A DNA stretch of 64,000 nt from Guillardia theta CCMP2712 (GCF_000315625.1 NW_005434671.1:700188-764187), one strand, 5' to 3'; positions 37,301-50,523 are shown, counted from the stretch's first letter. A program made the numbers and translations. The notes: generated from the sequence alone by a model not told the origin.

Positions 37301-38605
37301 GATGATTCGAGGTATAACTCGCAAGGGAGCAGGAGCTCTGCCTATGAAGCCAACCGGGACATCCTGCCACTCGGCCCGCTGCTGCTCGTTGGCAGGACGC
37401 GAGGAGAATTTCACGTGCAGGAGGTGGCAGGAACGGATCTCTTCCTCGTCTTCGCCGACCTCACCCTGTCTGGTGACCTGGTCTCCGCGCAGTCCTGCGG
37501 GATCCTTTCCGACGTCTGCCCCTCGGCCGTGTACCCTCAGATATACGCTCCTTTGCCGAATCTCTGCCCCTTGGATGTTTCCTTCCAGAACACAACGTTC
37601 TTGCTCCTCCCTCCTGAACCTGTGGATCAAGACTTCCAGATGAGTGTGTTGAATTTCCTTCAGATCGCAGACTATTGCCCGGAGACTATCCCCTTCTGGC
37701 ATCCCTACGTCATCACAGGAGCCTTGCTCCTCCTTCTCTTCGCCTTATATGTCGTCATGGCGTTGCAGCCAGATTCTTCGCTAGAGAGCAGCAGGAAGCT
37801 AGCATTGGCTAAGGAGCGACCTCGGTCCCTTTTCGACTTTACGTCCCCCTCGTCCCTCCAAACGATCGGCCAACGCTCTGGCATCGATCGGATCAAGGAT
37901 GAAGTGCAGGCTGTCAGGGAAGAGGTGTCAAGCCTGATGCAGAGAGCGAGGGACATCGACGACTTTCAGCACGTGATTCAGCGACAGGATCGAGTCATCC
38001 AGCAGATCACCAAGTACGATCCTCTTGCTTCCTATCCCCGTTGACTTTGACTTTCAGCGCCAAGGCCTCGCTGAGCGACGCCATGCACCACGAGCTGCGG
38101 GGGGTGGCGAGCGAGCTCTGCAAGTACCGAGTACTGGCAGAGAACATCGGGAGGAGATGCGAGCACATCGAGAAGAACAGGCCGACCTTCTCGACCCTCC
38201 GCGTCTCCATGCTTGAAGCCGCCAACGCCGTCGCTTCCCTTGAGGTTCAACAACTCGCTGGTAGGTGGGGGGGGATGAATCACTCAAATCTGTGCAGAAA
38301 CAACTGGCAGACCTCGAGCTCCCCTCCGTCTACGTCGTTGAGAGCTCGAAGCCGGACCTCGCTGAGAATGTCTGACGCTTGTCCTGCATGCACCCGCGTC
38401 TCTGACCAGTCGCGCAGAAGTCCGAGGCTCTCAAAGACGAGCAAGACTTCTACAGGGCGCACTATCCTCACCTCATCCAGGTGCGTAGCTCCCTCCCTCC
38501 CCCTCGGGGATGACATTATCGCAGTACTCCAACCTCCAGCCTTCAATCACGTTGAACACCGCGAGGTCCTCCTCGCGTGCCCCGACATCCCGGCGAGAAC
38601 GGTGA
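34337..38605 (+). CDS. VWA + Cache domain (alpha2delta / CACHD1-like) type I membrane protein with cytosolic coiled-coil tail
   Basis: Signal peptide CLLAVISLMIFLHPVRA; Cache-like WQRFTSKTGFTRSFPA...RRFDAWY; VWA MIDAS PKNVLIILDFSESM and IFLISDG; ITISLPCF...LVGAVSIDL; CFLLNSVGVVV; TM YVITGALLLLLFALYVVMAL; heptad tail. Confidence 0.8.
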
Positions 38606-38844
38606 AGGTTGACCCCCGTCTGTAAATTTTCTGTTTTCATGTCGCCGAGCGACAAGTTTGTTTCATTACAAGATCGATAAGCACGTTAACTTCCATCCGA
38701 TGTTCTGCTACAAGAATGCAGAAATGTCGACTACATATCACATCCCACCGACCCACAGCTTCTGCTCCTCCACGATCCGGAGAAGGGGGATCGGGACAAA
38801 TTTACCGTGAGTAAACGTTCGGAAGAGCCGATTCAGGATGTTTC

Positions 38845-40880
38845 AGGCTTTCCCACTCTCCTGCAACGCGGTCAGCTGCGAGACAGGAGCAAACTTCTCC
38901 TACTGGAAGGGTTCGCAATTGGAATCGACTTGATCGTCTTGTCGAACGGCGTGTCTTCGTACGCCTTACCCATCACTGGCTCATCGGCAACGTATTGCTG
39001 CAGCGACTAGTCAGCATTGCGATCTCCCTCCTCTCTCTCTTCCCACTTCCCACTCCTCTCAGCCCCTTTCCCGCTCCCCTCCCCTCCCCTCTCCTCTCTC
39101 TCTTGCCTTGAAAGGCTTTCCCGTCACGTGCTCGCCGATTTGCACCACTTGATCGAAATCAAACCCTCCGTCAGAGTCGCCCAGCGACTGACCAGAGTCC
39201 ATCAGGCTAGAAGCATCGGCTCGCTCCCCTCCTCACCTGCAGCCTTGCCTGCTTTGCTGCTCGCACGTTCCACGTGTCCCCCTGCGGTTGCGGATCGCCT
39301 GACCCGTCGAGAGGGAGAGGGGGCCCCCGGGTCTCGCATCCCCCAATGCACAGCTCTGTCCTCCCTGATCCCATGAGGAGCATCGAGACCGCCATGGTTG
39401 ACCCGAGAACGCACAGCAGAGCCTGGCGTCACACAAGCTCTGCTGTCAGTCTTGGGAGAAGTGCGAGGAGAGCAGGTTACCATACGGTCCCGCAGAGAGC
39501 TCTTCATTCTTGGACCCGGCAGAGAGTGTCTGGAACTTGGTTACAGCAGGTTTCAGCATCACGAGCGTCAGCCGACAGCAGACTCTCACTCCTCCTTCCT
39601 TTTTTCTTGTCCTGTCCTGCACTGAACTCGCCTCGCCTTATAATGTTTCCGATCCTTGAACCTGTCTCCTCCTTTCAACACTCATTTCCCCACCGGCATC
39701 TTACATCCTCCGACTTCCTGCTTCCTCTTCCTCCATCTCGTCAATCTTCTTCTACGCCTGTTGTTCTCTTGTTCTCTTTGGCCTTCTCTTCTGCACATCT
39801 CCTATTCCTTTGCTCCTTCCCTGGCAAACATTTTCATGGCCTTTCGCCAAATTACCGTTACAAATTGTAACGTGGACTCACAAAGAGGAGCCGCCCTGGC
39901 CATGGCGCAGTACAAAACGTGCCCCCCCCCCTCTCTCTCCTTCTCCGTCCAGCGTCCCCCCCTCCTCTCCCTCTGCCTCTCCCCCTCTCTCTCCCTGCTC
40001 TCCCTCCCTCCCACCTTTGACTCATTTCGTCTTCAACAGCAGCAGATACGATGGAGACGAGCACCTCTGCCCCTCACTGCCCACAAAAGGAATCTTGAAG
40101 CATGCGTCAACCCACGAGGAAGTGAGTCTGGTGGAGTGCGTTGCCCTATAGTATGGAAAAACTTTGCCTTGCCTGCACGTATCCTTCAGGCAAACAGAGA
40201 AAGGAGGGGAGGGGAGGAGGGAAGGAAGTGATGGGAGAGGAGAAGGGAGGCGAGGGCGACTTGCTGCTGGACCGCTGGCGAGGTCTAGGTTAAATCTCTT
40301 GACAGGAGATCAGAAGAAAACGAATAAGTTGAAGCCCTGAGGAAACAGTGGTCCCAATGTGTCAGCCGAAGAATGATCAGACACCTGTTGGCCTGAAGAT
40401 GTCGTGACGACATCATCTCAAGTCAATGTGCAGCGGTCCTAGGCCCTGACTTGGAGCTGCCGCGAAGTCAGAGAAGAACTGGACTGTACTGACCGAACAC
40501 GGTGTAGAACGAAGACCGATGAATGCACGTTACCTCCGGTCGAAGCTTGAAATGCGGTGGCCACACAATGTGTAAATTCGGATCACACGAGGGCTTAGCC
40601 TGACGATGAACGACGAGCGACGAATTACTGGACAAGCCATTGCTGACCAAGTAAGGTGATAGGATTAGCAGGATAAGAGATCAAACGCCGATTATCCGAA
40701 GGAAGGGAGGAGCAGCCGGGACCACGAGCGTGGACACAGGATGATGGTAGAAGAAAAGTGTTATGATGTAACAAGAAGGTAGAATGAATCAGGAAGATAT
40801 AATTAGGAAGGAAGATCAACTACCGACGTATGTTTTTTGTTTAGGAAGATATGAATTCGTCGGCAGATGAGGTGCTTGAC
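38845..40880 (-). CDS. Multi-exon hypothetical protein (boundaries uncertain)
   Basis: Short exon-like segments between purine-rich introns, e.g. LMDSGQSLGDSDGGFDFDQVVQIGEHVTGKPFK and SLQQYVADEPVMGKAYEDTPFDKTIK. Confidence 0.3.
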
Positions 40881-41160
40881 ATTTTGAGTGATTGAGGGAA
40901 GGCGGATTTGTCCATTATACTTTTTGTACTGACTCAGTAAATCGAACTTCGGAAGCTATGCGTAAATTGTGTCCTATAACCGCTGAATCATCCTGCTCTT
41001 GCAACAGGCTTTTGGAGCGATCCAACGTGTCACTGATGTCCTTAGGACTGATCAGTGACGGATCACAAGTTCGGCCAGCCAACACGGTGACCGCGGCGCG
41101 CCGGGCCGGCACTTGTCACAGTCACTGACTCTGTGAGTGGCCGCCCGGCCGGGCCGGCAG

Positions 41161-41272
41161 GGCAATCATCAATTTCCAGTCAACAAAATTTTGGGGCAAT
41201 CATTTTCCAATCAACAAAATTTTGGGGTAATCATTTTCCAATCATCTTTTTAACAGTGTAATCATTTTCCAA
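41161..41272 (+). repeat. ~31-bp degenerate tandem repeat containing CCAAT
   Basis: gg(c/t)aatcattttccaatcaacaaaattttgg units starting at 41161, 41195 and 41226, with a partial copy at 41258. Confidence 0.8.
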
Positions 41273-41447
41273 GCAAAACTCCCCGACATGACTCGTATTT
41301 TTTAGTCAAGGAGATAAAAACGCATTGAAGCAAAACTTCCGTTACGAGGAATCAACGGATATTTTCCCGCCTTTTTTTTACCCCCCACCCCTCTAAATCC
41401 CTGATGAGGTACCCGGGGTAGCATCCTCAGCCCACAAACTTTCTACC

Positions 41448-43000
41448 ATGGAGAAAGCGGCGGGGGGAGAAGCAGGAGTAGGAGTTGAAAGCAGACTGGA
41501 GGCTCTGGGTAGACAGCTGGAAGCTCTCAAGCTAGACAGCGACAAGAGGCTGCTAGCCTTGGAGGAACACTATGAGAAATCAGACAACAGGATTCGAGCC
41601 TTAGAGGAAGACTACAGGCGCTTACAGGAAGAGAACAAGATTCGAGACCTACAGGAAGACTACAGGCGCGTACAGGAAAACTACAGGCGCCAGAAACTCA
41701 GCATGAAAGTAGCGTGCAATCTACGATTTGGTTACTTCGACGACCTTTGCTCTACTTTTGTCCAGCTTCCAAAGGCTCCTGCAGTATTTCGGCAAAACAA
41801 ATGTCTGGCTTTTGAACAGCTCGCGCAGGACTTACCCGCCGATAAAGATTGCAATAAGGGACATATCACTGAGGAGAAAGCTTTTGACCTGGAGGGCTGT
41901 AAAGTTAACTCAGACTTGATCGAGCGATCGCACTTGGTCCCAAACAGTGCTACATGTCGAATCGACTGGGGGGTTATTGTGCAGAATGCCCTTCCAGAGG
42001 GCTTGCGTTCAGATGAAGTTGCTAAAAAGGTTTTGTTTGGGTGTTCTGATCAGGACAAACACATACCAGGCATTGCGGACCTTCCTTTCAACTTCATCTA
42101 CCTTGGTGGCCAACGAGAACATCTAGACAGCAAAGCGGCTCTAATGTTGCTTCCACTCCTATCTCCTCAGCAGCAATTCGAGTGGAAAGGCGAAGGGTAC
42201 AAAGCGATTTTGATCGGTGCACAAGGAACAGTTTACAAGCAGACGTATTTTAAACTTGATACGAAAGCTGTTCTGAAGAACTCAGAGTACGAACCGTGCC
42301 AACATCATGTGGACGAGGAGTCTCTCGTCAAGGAAATCTGCCGTCCGATGAGGCAGAACTATTTGCTGCCCACGTTGTATCAAGGTACTGTAGCATTGAA
42401 TGTGTTGACCAATGACATCCGACATCGGTCCTAGATGACAGGGAGGTGCTAGATCAGTCCCTACAGCACATTGAAACTCTTTACAAGGACGTTTGTTTGA
42501 TTCAGTGCGAAGCTCCAAAAAGTCTCAAACAATTGCTGCAAGATGGCGGATTCTGGAACCAAGACTCCAAGCGTTTCAATCTCACAAAAGTCTCAGGGTT
42601 CGATGATCTCAGGGATAAACTTAGAAACGAGAAGAAGGTCAAGGCTTTCAAGGGACTTAAGTCTGAAACTGGGCAGCCAGTGGCGGAAGCACTGCCATGT
42701 TTTCGCGTGATCACGTTCAAAGGAGACAGTCAGGAAGAGCAAGATTTAGAGCTTCACACGGCTCCACACCCTCTTCTTCTCTCGCTTCGCTCGATGAACG
42801 CAATCACGAATCACTTTTACGGAGACTTGCCAAATGGGAGATCAAGTTTGCTTCTTATGTCCTGTTACGGCGGCCTGGAGGAAGGGATGGCATTCGATTG
42901 TGAACAATGCTTGCGAAACGCGTTTGGAGAAGAATACGACCCGAAAGAGAAGTACGTCATGGGACCTCATGGCCCTGAGATTCTGTCTTGCGACGGGTAA
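41448..43000 (+). CDS. Coiled-coil + putative HNH-like (His-Me finger) nuclease domain protein, 2 exons
   Basis: ORFs 41448-42434 and 42446-43000 join in frame via a GT-AG intron at ~42384-42452. N-terminal heptads; motif order SHLVP...NFIYL...HLD...LLP...PHPLLL resembles eukaryotic HNH_2 proteins. Confidence 0.5.
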
Positions 43001-43670
43001 TCCCGTCCAAGGTGCCGCAATGACTCCAGAAAACAGTCCGGAGGCGTTACTGTATGCGGCCGAGCGTCAGTGTGGATCGAATACCAGCGTGTCTCCCAAT
43101 ACAAGTCAAGAGTCGGAATATAGCGCCGCGAGTACTGTCCAAAGGGGCCTTTTTGGAGACTGAAAGAGTGATCAGTGAAGTTACTAGTAAAAGGCTCAAA
43201 GCCGGCGCGGATTGTTTTGATTTCCGACAAACTCGGAACTTTCCATGATTTCCGACAGACTCGGGCTTTGAAAAATTACTTCATCAATGTAGTCGTGCAC
43301 GAGCTGTTTTGGCGCAGCGTGACCGCTTGGGCGTAGGATGTATGGCAGCCATGATTCTCTCCCTCACCCGGCTGGGGGAGGGGGGCGGGGATCACAGTGA
43401 GCAGCTTGTTCCGGTGAGTCAGCAACGATGCTTGTAGAGACTCCTGTACATTCAGTGTCATGTTACACTCCTCACATGGGCCCCAGTGGTCCCATCACAG
43501 TCAAAACATGTTCTTTCAAAGATATGAGAAATGTCATTGAATTCGTGCCCTGACATCCTAATTCAATACATCAATGTACTAGTCTGCTCGCAATCAAGTC
43601 GAGATCAGCGTCCCGATCAGCCACGGCGCTCAACTCTTGTAGTTGTGGACTGTGACGACAACAGCTCAAG

Positions 43671-44671
43671 CTATTCCGCCTCCGGAGGGGCAGGGGATAC
43701 GGTGTAGAATACTTGCTGCAGCATCATCTGCTGCATCTCTATCTCCTTCATCCTCACCTCAAGCTCCATCTTCCGCAGCTCACGTTCCTGTCTCCTCTCC
43801 TGCAGGCGACTCAGAGACCCCCTCCTCCCCTGTGCAAGGACACGATGCTTACCTCGAGCTCCAACTTGCGGATCTCCCGATCCTCCTTCCTTCCCTGCAG
43901 CTCCCGCATCATGTAGTTGGTGATGAAGGTCCATTCTTCGTTGTCCGACATTCGCACTGCCGTGCTGCTCCTCTTGGCCGTATCGCCGTGAGTTTGAGCC
44001 TTGGAGGACGAGGGAGGAGCAGCCGACTCGTCGTTGGAGTCCTCCGAGCCGTGTTGGGCTTCCTGGGCGCTCGCCATTTCCAGCTTCCTCTTGCGGATGC
44101 GCTGCATCGCCATCTCCAAGGCCGGGAAGTTTTCGGTCTGCGGCTCTCGCTTCTTCTGCTTCGACAGGGTGTAGTCGTCCAGCCGCTCCACCACCTCGTG
44201 CCACACCAACTCCCACTGCATGGAAGGGTCGGTCGAGCCTCGCACCACGTCTGGCGGGTACGTGTTCCCTTGTATCTGGCGGACTCGGAACTTGCGTATC
44301 ATCTCATCGAACTTGCTCTTGATCGTCTTCCAGGACATGGAGCCGAAGATCTCGTCCTCTGCTGTCAGCTGGTGCTTCAGGCGGCACCACTGCTGTACCT
44401 GCCCCTCAGAGGAGTGATCGGGTTGACGGAGCCACGCCTTGGCGACCTTGAGCACAAGAGATCGCATCTTCTCGTCGTCCTTCGGCCAGTGGGTCCGCTT
44501 CTGCCGCTGCTGCTGGTTCGCTTCCTTTCCATCCGCCTGGCTGTCGGCATTGTCAAGCACGTCCTGGTCGTCCCCGTCGTTGTGCGCTCCATCAGCCGCC
44601 ATGTCCCTCCCGCTGTCCTTCATCTGATGATCCATTTCCTGCTCGTCCACCTTCGCCGCCCCTGCCATCAT
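43671..44671 (-). CDS. Myb/SANT-like (trihelix-type) DNA-binding protein with C-terminal coiled coil
   Basis: KRTHWPKDDEKMRSLVLK...QQWCRLKHQL...SWKTIKSKFDEMIRKFR; an intron near 43800-43851 joins to ...RELRKMELEVRMKEIEMQQMMLQQ...*. Start uncertain. Confidence 0.65.
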
Positions 44672-44829
44672 CCCCGCACCCCCCAGGCTCGCCCGCACGT
44701 CAAATGCTGGCGCGACATTGCCGTGGGTCTGCACCAGTCTGAGGCGGGGTTGAACTACCCGGGGTGGAAGGGAGGGAGGAATTTGCTGCACAGTGGCAGC
44801 GCAAGGGAGGGCGCGAGCATGGCGGCAGC

Positions 44830-47800
44830 ATGCTGGTCGTTGTGGATGTTGGGTATGAGAGGTAGAACGTTTCTTCGATATTCTCCAGACAATCTTGTCC
44901 TTAGCCGAGCATGACTGAACGAGCCGCCGGCTGACAGTGAAGGACATCAAGACTTGATCGTTTCTCAGCTTGGTGAAATCCTCCGCAATTGTGGACGTCG
45001 TTGCTGGGCTTCGTAGAAGAGATTTGGGTAGATGAGTGCTGCAAGGATGCTGCAGGACTTACAGATCAAGACGACAGAGACGAGCTCAGTGCCTTTGATC
45101 AGGTAGGATCCTCATCATCTTCCTTCCGATACCCTCCCCTCCTCGTTATCCTCGTTCTCATCGTTCTCCTCCTCTCCACCTCCTTCTCTGTCCTCCTCCC
45201 TCATGATCAAGGCCATGTCTTTTGGGTTCATGACTTGCTCTCAGCCGGTCGAGGTCGCAGGACTTCCCTCCAGGGAAGGGGATCGCGGTGCTGCTATCAT
45301 CGAGACGGAAGGACCTGGCAGCGTTGATGCAGGCCTTGGACGTGCCGAACCTTTACGTGGAGGACGATCGCTGTGAGCAGGGGGTCTGCCATGAGGACCT
45401 TAGTGCTTCATGGTTGTCGATCAGAGGGTACCTCAGGCGCTGGTCTAAGGGGGCGGAGGGCGATGAGCTCTGCCGTTCGATTGTCCTCTCCTGTCTGAGC
45501 GCGTTCTCCGAGAACGAGCAATCACGATCGAAGAGAGCGTTCCTGCTCCTGACAGCCCTGGTCTCCGACCCCAACACCCAGCCGGCCTGTTGTGCCATAT
45601 TCTCCCACCTCCTGCAAGGGGAAGATAAGACTAACAAGCTCCGGGTGTGCAGTTTTGTCTTCGAGCTGTTTGCTGCGAGGGTCTTTGGGGACGACTGCCT
45701 CCACCCGATCCAATCTCAGAGGAGGAGAGGCCACTGCAGCCTGAGTGCCCTGCAGCGGGCAAGAGCAGCGACGAGAAACGCTCTAGAGCTGGTTTTCCCG
45801 ATGGAATCGCTCCTGGTCGAGATTGCGAGGAGGGAGGCTCGGCACCTGGATGACGACCCCAAGTTCAAGCCGATGCCCACCCTTCTCACCACCATGTCAG
45901 CTGATTGCTGGTAAGTCCCCAGATGACGTGGTAGCAGCTCACCTTCTCTCAGCATCTTCAACTACGTGGCGCTAGGGCAGCTGTACCTGTCGGAAGAAGG
46001 AGGGGAGGAGGAAGAGACCTCGGACGAGGAGGGACGTGCCCCAGCCTCGGAGCTTTTCTCATGGTCAAGGCTCGAGAGCATGTTGAACAACATGATCGCT
46101 GTGTTGGACAGGTTGGAAGTCTGGTTTTCATCACGCAAAGATTTGCTGGTTGCCGTCGTTAGAGTCACCAGGAAGAGAATTACTGATTGCCGGAAGACAT
46201 ACGAGCAGATTGCAATTTATGACCATCTCAATCACATTCCAGAGGAAGAGAAATCGATCAGACAGTACGGCGATGAGCTGATGAGGGTGGTTTGGTATCA
46301 ATGGGCCTCGACAGGTCGGAACTTCATTCAGAACTACAAAATGCCTTCAGAGGAGTTGAAGGTGAGACGTATCCTTTTGGATCTTCTCTGCAAGGCGTAT
46401 GGATGTTCTTAGGGCCTGTTTGGTTTCTGATCTTGAGTTGCTTTTGGTCCATCAATTTCTGTCTTTGTCTATCTAAGATGGAGACGATGTTTCTGTTCAG
46501 CTGACCTACATTGCATCTTCAGGAAGAAATCGACAAGCTGATTAACCTGCTGCCCACACAAGTGATTGCCATGGGAGCAGAGGAGAAGCAGCTTAGCTCG
46601 AATGCTTGTTCCTACGCCCTTATGTCCATCTGCCTGCTGCTTTCTCGCTGCAAGAGTAAGCTCGCTGCCGCCATCCTAGACCACAAGAGCTCCGTGCTCT
46701 TCCCGCGCCTGATGGAGGCCTTGCACTTCAACGACGACGAGATCTCCCAGCTCTCTACGGCTCTCTTTGGAGAGATCCTAGCGTCAATCGCGAACGAGAA
46801 GACGATCTTCGATATGGTCCCTCCCCTCCTTTCCCTCCTCGATGAAGACGACGCAAGCTCGGGGGCCGCGTGCGGACTCATCGCTCGAGCGTGCGTGTCT
46901 GCCAACAGTGAGGTTGCCCAAACCTCCATCCTCTCGGAAGTTCTCAGGGCTGTCGATAGCGAAGGCAGAGTGAGGCGAGCCAACGGCCTGCGGGTGTGTA
47001 CCTCCCTCCCCCTTCCCTTCCCCTTCTGCCTCGTTGACGTTTCGTCCCCCCCTGTCAGACGCTGCAGGAGGTGGTGAACCTGAAGAAGTCCGTCATCACC
47101 GACAAGGGCCGAGAGCAGAGCAGAGCCACGAGCCATGTCCTCTTCAAAGCAATCTGCAAGGCCCTCTTGGACCGGCTGGGAGACGAGGAGCTCACGACCA
47201 GGTCCTCCTCCTCCTCCTCCCCCTCCCCCCCTTCAGTGCTTCCCCTGCTCACTCGCGGCAAGGTGCAAGTCAGCGAAGCTACTCGCCTTCAGCGAGCCTG
47301 CATCTATTCTCCCCATCCTCTGCCGGAGGCTGTACGACCGCGATGATCGAGTGAGGTCGGCTGCCGAGCTGGCACTCGTGACGGTTCTTGCGGGTCTTCT
47401 CCCACCCTCTCCTCCCTCTTGCTGTTTCTGATCCTGCTCGCACAGAAGGAGAGGACCCCGAGCAGGCTGCCCGCGCGTTCTTGGATATCCTTCGCCTCCC
47501 CTTCGCCTCTCTTGGGGAACCCTCTGATCAGACCCCGGTGCATCCTGGTGACATCAAGCCGTCAGTGGCTGCCCCAGCCGGGAGGGAGACGGAGAACGAT
47601 TGGCCGGAGAGAGCGCTCCGTCAGTGGAGCAAGTGGGCCGAGGGTGTTCCAGACGCACTCTGGCGGGGCTCGCTGCTCCCCGTGATCCTCTCCAAGACTT
47701 TTGGAGCGCCTCGGGATCACGTCCTTGTTCAGGTCTGCTGGTTGAAGACAGCAGGCTGCCAGCCCACTGATGATGTGGCAGGCGTGCTCGAGGATAGCGG

Positions 47801-49383
47801 CGGTCCTGGCGCGGCATGCCGACCTTGTCATGTCCATGGTCCTCGACAGGGTGGAGCAGATCGAGTTGCAGATCAAAGGCGCTTGCCAAGTACGAAGGAC
47901 GACGGGAAGAGAGGATGAGGCTGACGCTGTCGCTTTCAGGTCATGGAGACCAGCGAGGTCTCCGAAGAGATCGTCTTCCTGAGGCTGAGCCCCATGTTGA
48001 TCCTCAAGCTTCTCCCCACGGCTGCTTTCAGGATCCAGGCCGTTGAGGAGGCGTTCGATAGGCCTGGAGAACTTGTCAGGCAGTACGATCGCAAGGGAGG
48101 ACGGGACTGCCTCTTGCCCTTGCACGAGCTGGAGAAGGAGCTGCCGTGCTCGTCGGACGTGCCTTGCAAGACCATGTCGCGGCTGGTTCGCCTCCTCTAC
48201 CAGCGGATGATGTCAGATGCCGAGCTGAAGCCGATCCGAGAGGTCGACGATCTCGCTCCCTCTCTTACCTCAGCTGACACCTGCAGCAGGTCTCTGCTCA
48301 GGTGCTGGGCTGCGTCAACCCGGGATGGATCGTCGTAAGCGTGTCTCGACTGATCAATGAGCTGACCTCTAGCCTGGATGCAGCAGCATCCGGAGTAGGA
48401 GGAGGGGGAGGGGGAGGGGGAGGGGGAGGGGGAGGGGGAGGTGGTGGTGGAGAGAAAGAAGTCGCCGAGGGGAAGTCAGCCTTGTTCTATGTCATGTTCG
48501 CCTTTAGAGCCCACGGACTGCAAGCCTGCATGCGACAAGTCTACCTGCGCCTGCTGCTCAACCTCATGGCCGTCGACAAGGAGGGAGAGGAGGTAGAGCA
48601 CGTGCTCCGGGGATGCTGCGCGGCCGTCGCTGAAGCCCTCGTGGCTGTGCTGATGATGAAACCGCAGCCGGAGGAAGCGGAGGATCACGGCAGGCAGACT
48701 GAAATGGTGCAGGGGGAAGGAGGGATCCTCTCCTCCTTCTGCGACCTGATGGGCGGAGACTTCGAGCTGGGCAGTGCGAAGTTGGAGAGGATAATGCAGG
48801 AGACTGAGGGAGAAGCGGGTCCGGGCATCGAGACTCGCCTTCAGTCGTTAGAGGAGGAGGGGAGGACGAGGCTGCGGTTGAGAGTCTGTGAGGTGATGAA
48901 GCACGTGGCGCGCGAGCTGCCAGGCTCCAGTCTCGCCATGGTGAACTTCTCCAAGAGGATCGCTCCGACACTGCTCGATCTCGGGTGCCGCCTGCAGAGT
49001 CCAGCAGCCCTCCGAGCAAGTGCCCTTGAGGCCTTGTTCTTCATCGCTTACACTCTTGGAGAGCGAGCGGAGCCACTGGTATCGGACCTGCTCGACGTCG
49101 CTGAGCGAGGACTAACGGTGAGGGAAGAGAAGGTGGGGTGCGATGGAGGTTGGGGAATTGACAGGAGGAGTAGGCGAAGGATGAAGCAGTCCGGCTGCAT
49201 GCCCTCAAGATCGTCGGAGTTTGTGCAACTGCGGATGCGGAGACGTTTGTCAAGGACGAGGAGAGGCTCGTGCGGATTCAAAGTCACTTGGTCGGGATGG
49301 CAAACATGGAGGAATCAACGTCGGTCCGCGGACTTGCCTGCAAGCTGAGCCAGCTCATCGTCCCTGCGCAAGGAGCCGGTTGA
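44830..49383 (+). CDS. Large ARM/HEAT-repeat alpha-solenoid protein, multi-exon (5' end uncertain)
   Basis: Successive Leu-rich helical ORFs (45288, 45966, 46511, 47388, 47943, 48302) with HEAT-like ends (RLYDRDDRVRSAAELALV; ALRASALEALFFIAY); poly-Gly linker; TGA at 49381-49383. Confidence 0.6.
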
Positions 49384-49656
49384 GCCTTTGAAAAAAGGAA
49401 GAGAGGGAGGAGAGGACGAGGAGGACGTTGGGGGTCTTGGTGGACGTCGGAGATGGCGGAGAGTTCGATCGGTTGATTGTCAAGCGAAGACAGTGACTGA
49501 GGAGAGAAGACGAGAAGGAGCATATTTAGAGCAAACATCTCGGATACATTCTGCTGAAGTCAGACCATGGGATATGTGAACTGAAGTGCTCACTCTCACA
49601 TGGCAAGGCAAGGAGGGTCTAGGGAGCCGATGGTGCTCGTGGCTCCTCCTGCTGCT

Positions 49657-50523
49657 CTAGGGCGATTTCGTGGAATCCTTGACCCACTTGAGGTAGTCGG
49701 GGAGTCCGGCGACCACGTCGGTGCAGATGAACTCCTGGGTTATTGCATACGTGAGGGAGCAGAGGGCAGACAAGGAGAGGGACGGGAAGAGAAAGGGAAG
49801 GAGAGGGAAGGGAAGGGAAGGGAAGGGAAGGGAAAGAGAAGGAGGGGGGAGGCAAGGAAAAGAGAAGGAAGGGAAGAGAAAGGGTCGACAGAGATGTTGA
49901 AGTAGAGAAGAGGAGATGAGGATGCAGTGGAGGAAGGGAGATACCGGGGTATCGTAGGGATGATGTTTCTTGACGTGCTGAGCAACCTGATCGGTGAGGG
50001 TGTCACGAGTCTTGACCATGAGCAGGAGCTCCTGACAGGACGTGAGAACTGCAGGGGAGGGAGTGAACAAGCAAGCTTCTGACTTTCTCAGTCTCGATCT
50101 TTCCTTGCCACAGAAACTTGCTCTCGATCCCCGGGATGATGTTGACACACGCAGCTAGCTGGGACTCGACCTGTGCACCAGCACGTTGTGACCGCTGGAC
50201 GTATGCTGGGGGGAGCGCCATACCAGGCTTTGCGAGAGCTTGTCTGCCACCTGCACGCTCATGAGCACGCGAGCCTTGCGGCAGCTTTGCCTTCCCCACC
50301 TCCTTGCTGGGCACTGTGATGTAGCAGATCCTTGCCCCCGTAGAGCTCGAACTCGAGAGCATGCGCGCAGTCAACGACCTGACGGCCCGGGTGTCATCGA
50401 TGGCGAGACGTTGAAGCTCTCGAACCTCAACATGCCGGGGAAGACAACCCAAGCGCCTACGACAGTTGCTCCGATGACCAACAAGCTGCGGGAGTTCTGA
50501 AAGTCGATCAAACTACCTCTCAT
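49657..50523 (-). CDS. CUTA: CutA divalent-cation tolerance protein with hydrophobic N-terminal leader, multi-exon
   Basis: Spliced sequence ARICYITVPSKEV...VESQLAACVNIIPGIESKFLWQGKIETEKELLLMVKT...VKKHHPYDTPEFI...GLPDYLKWVKDST is the CutA1 signature. Confidence 0.93.

Noticed and set aside
41161-41272. ~31-bp repeats as a CRISPR array
   Set aside because: Units are head to tail with no unique spacers, no cas genes are present, and the context is eukaryotic.
41448-44671. Myb/SANT gene plus neighbouring gene as a PIF/Harbinger transposon
   Set aside because: The neighbour has no Harbinger DDE motifs, and I found no TIRs or 3-bp TSD around the pair.
43643-44914. 423-aa plus-strand ORF
   Set aside because: Antisense shadow of the Myb/SANT gene caused by GC3-rich codon usage; no motifs.
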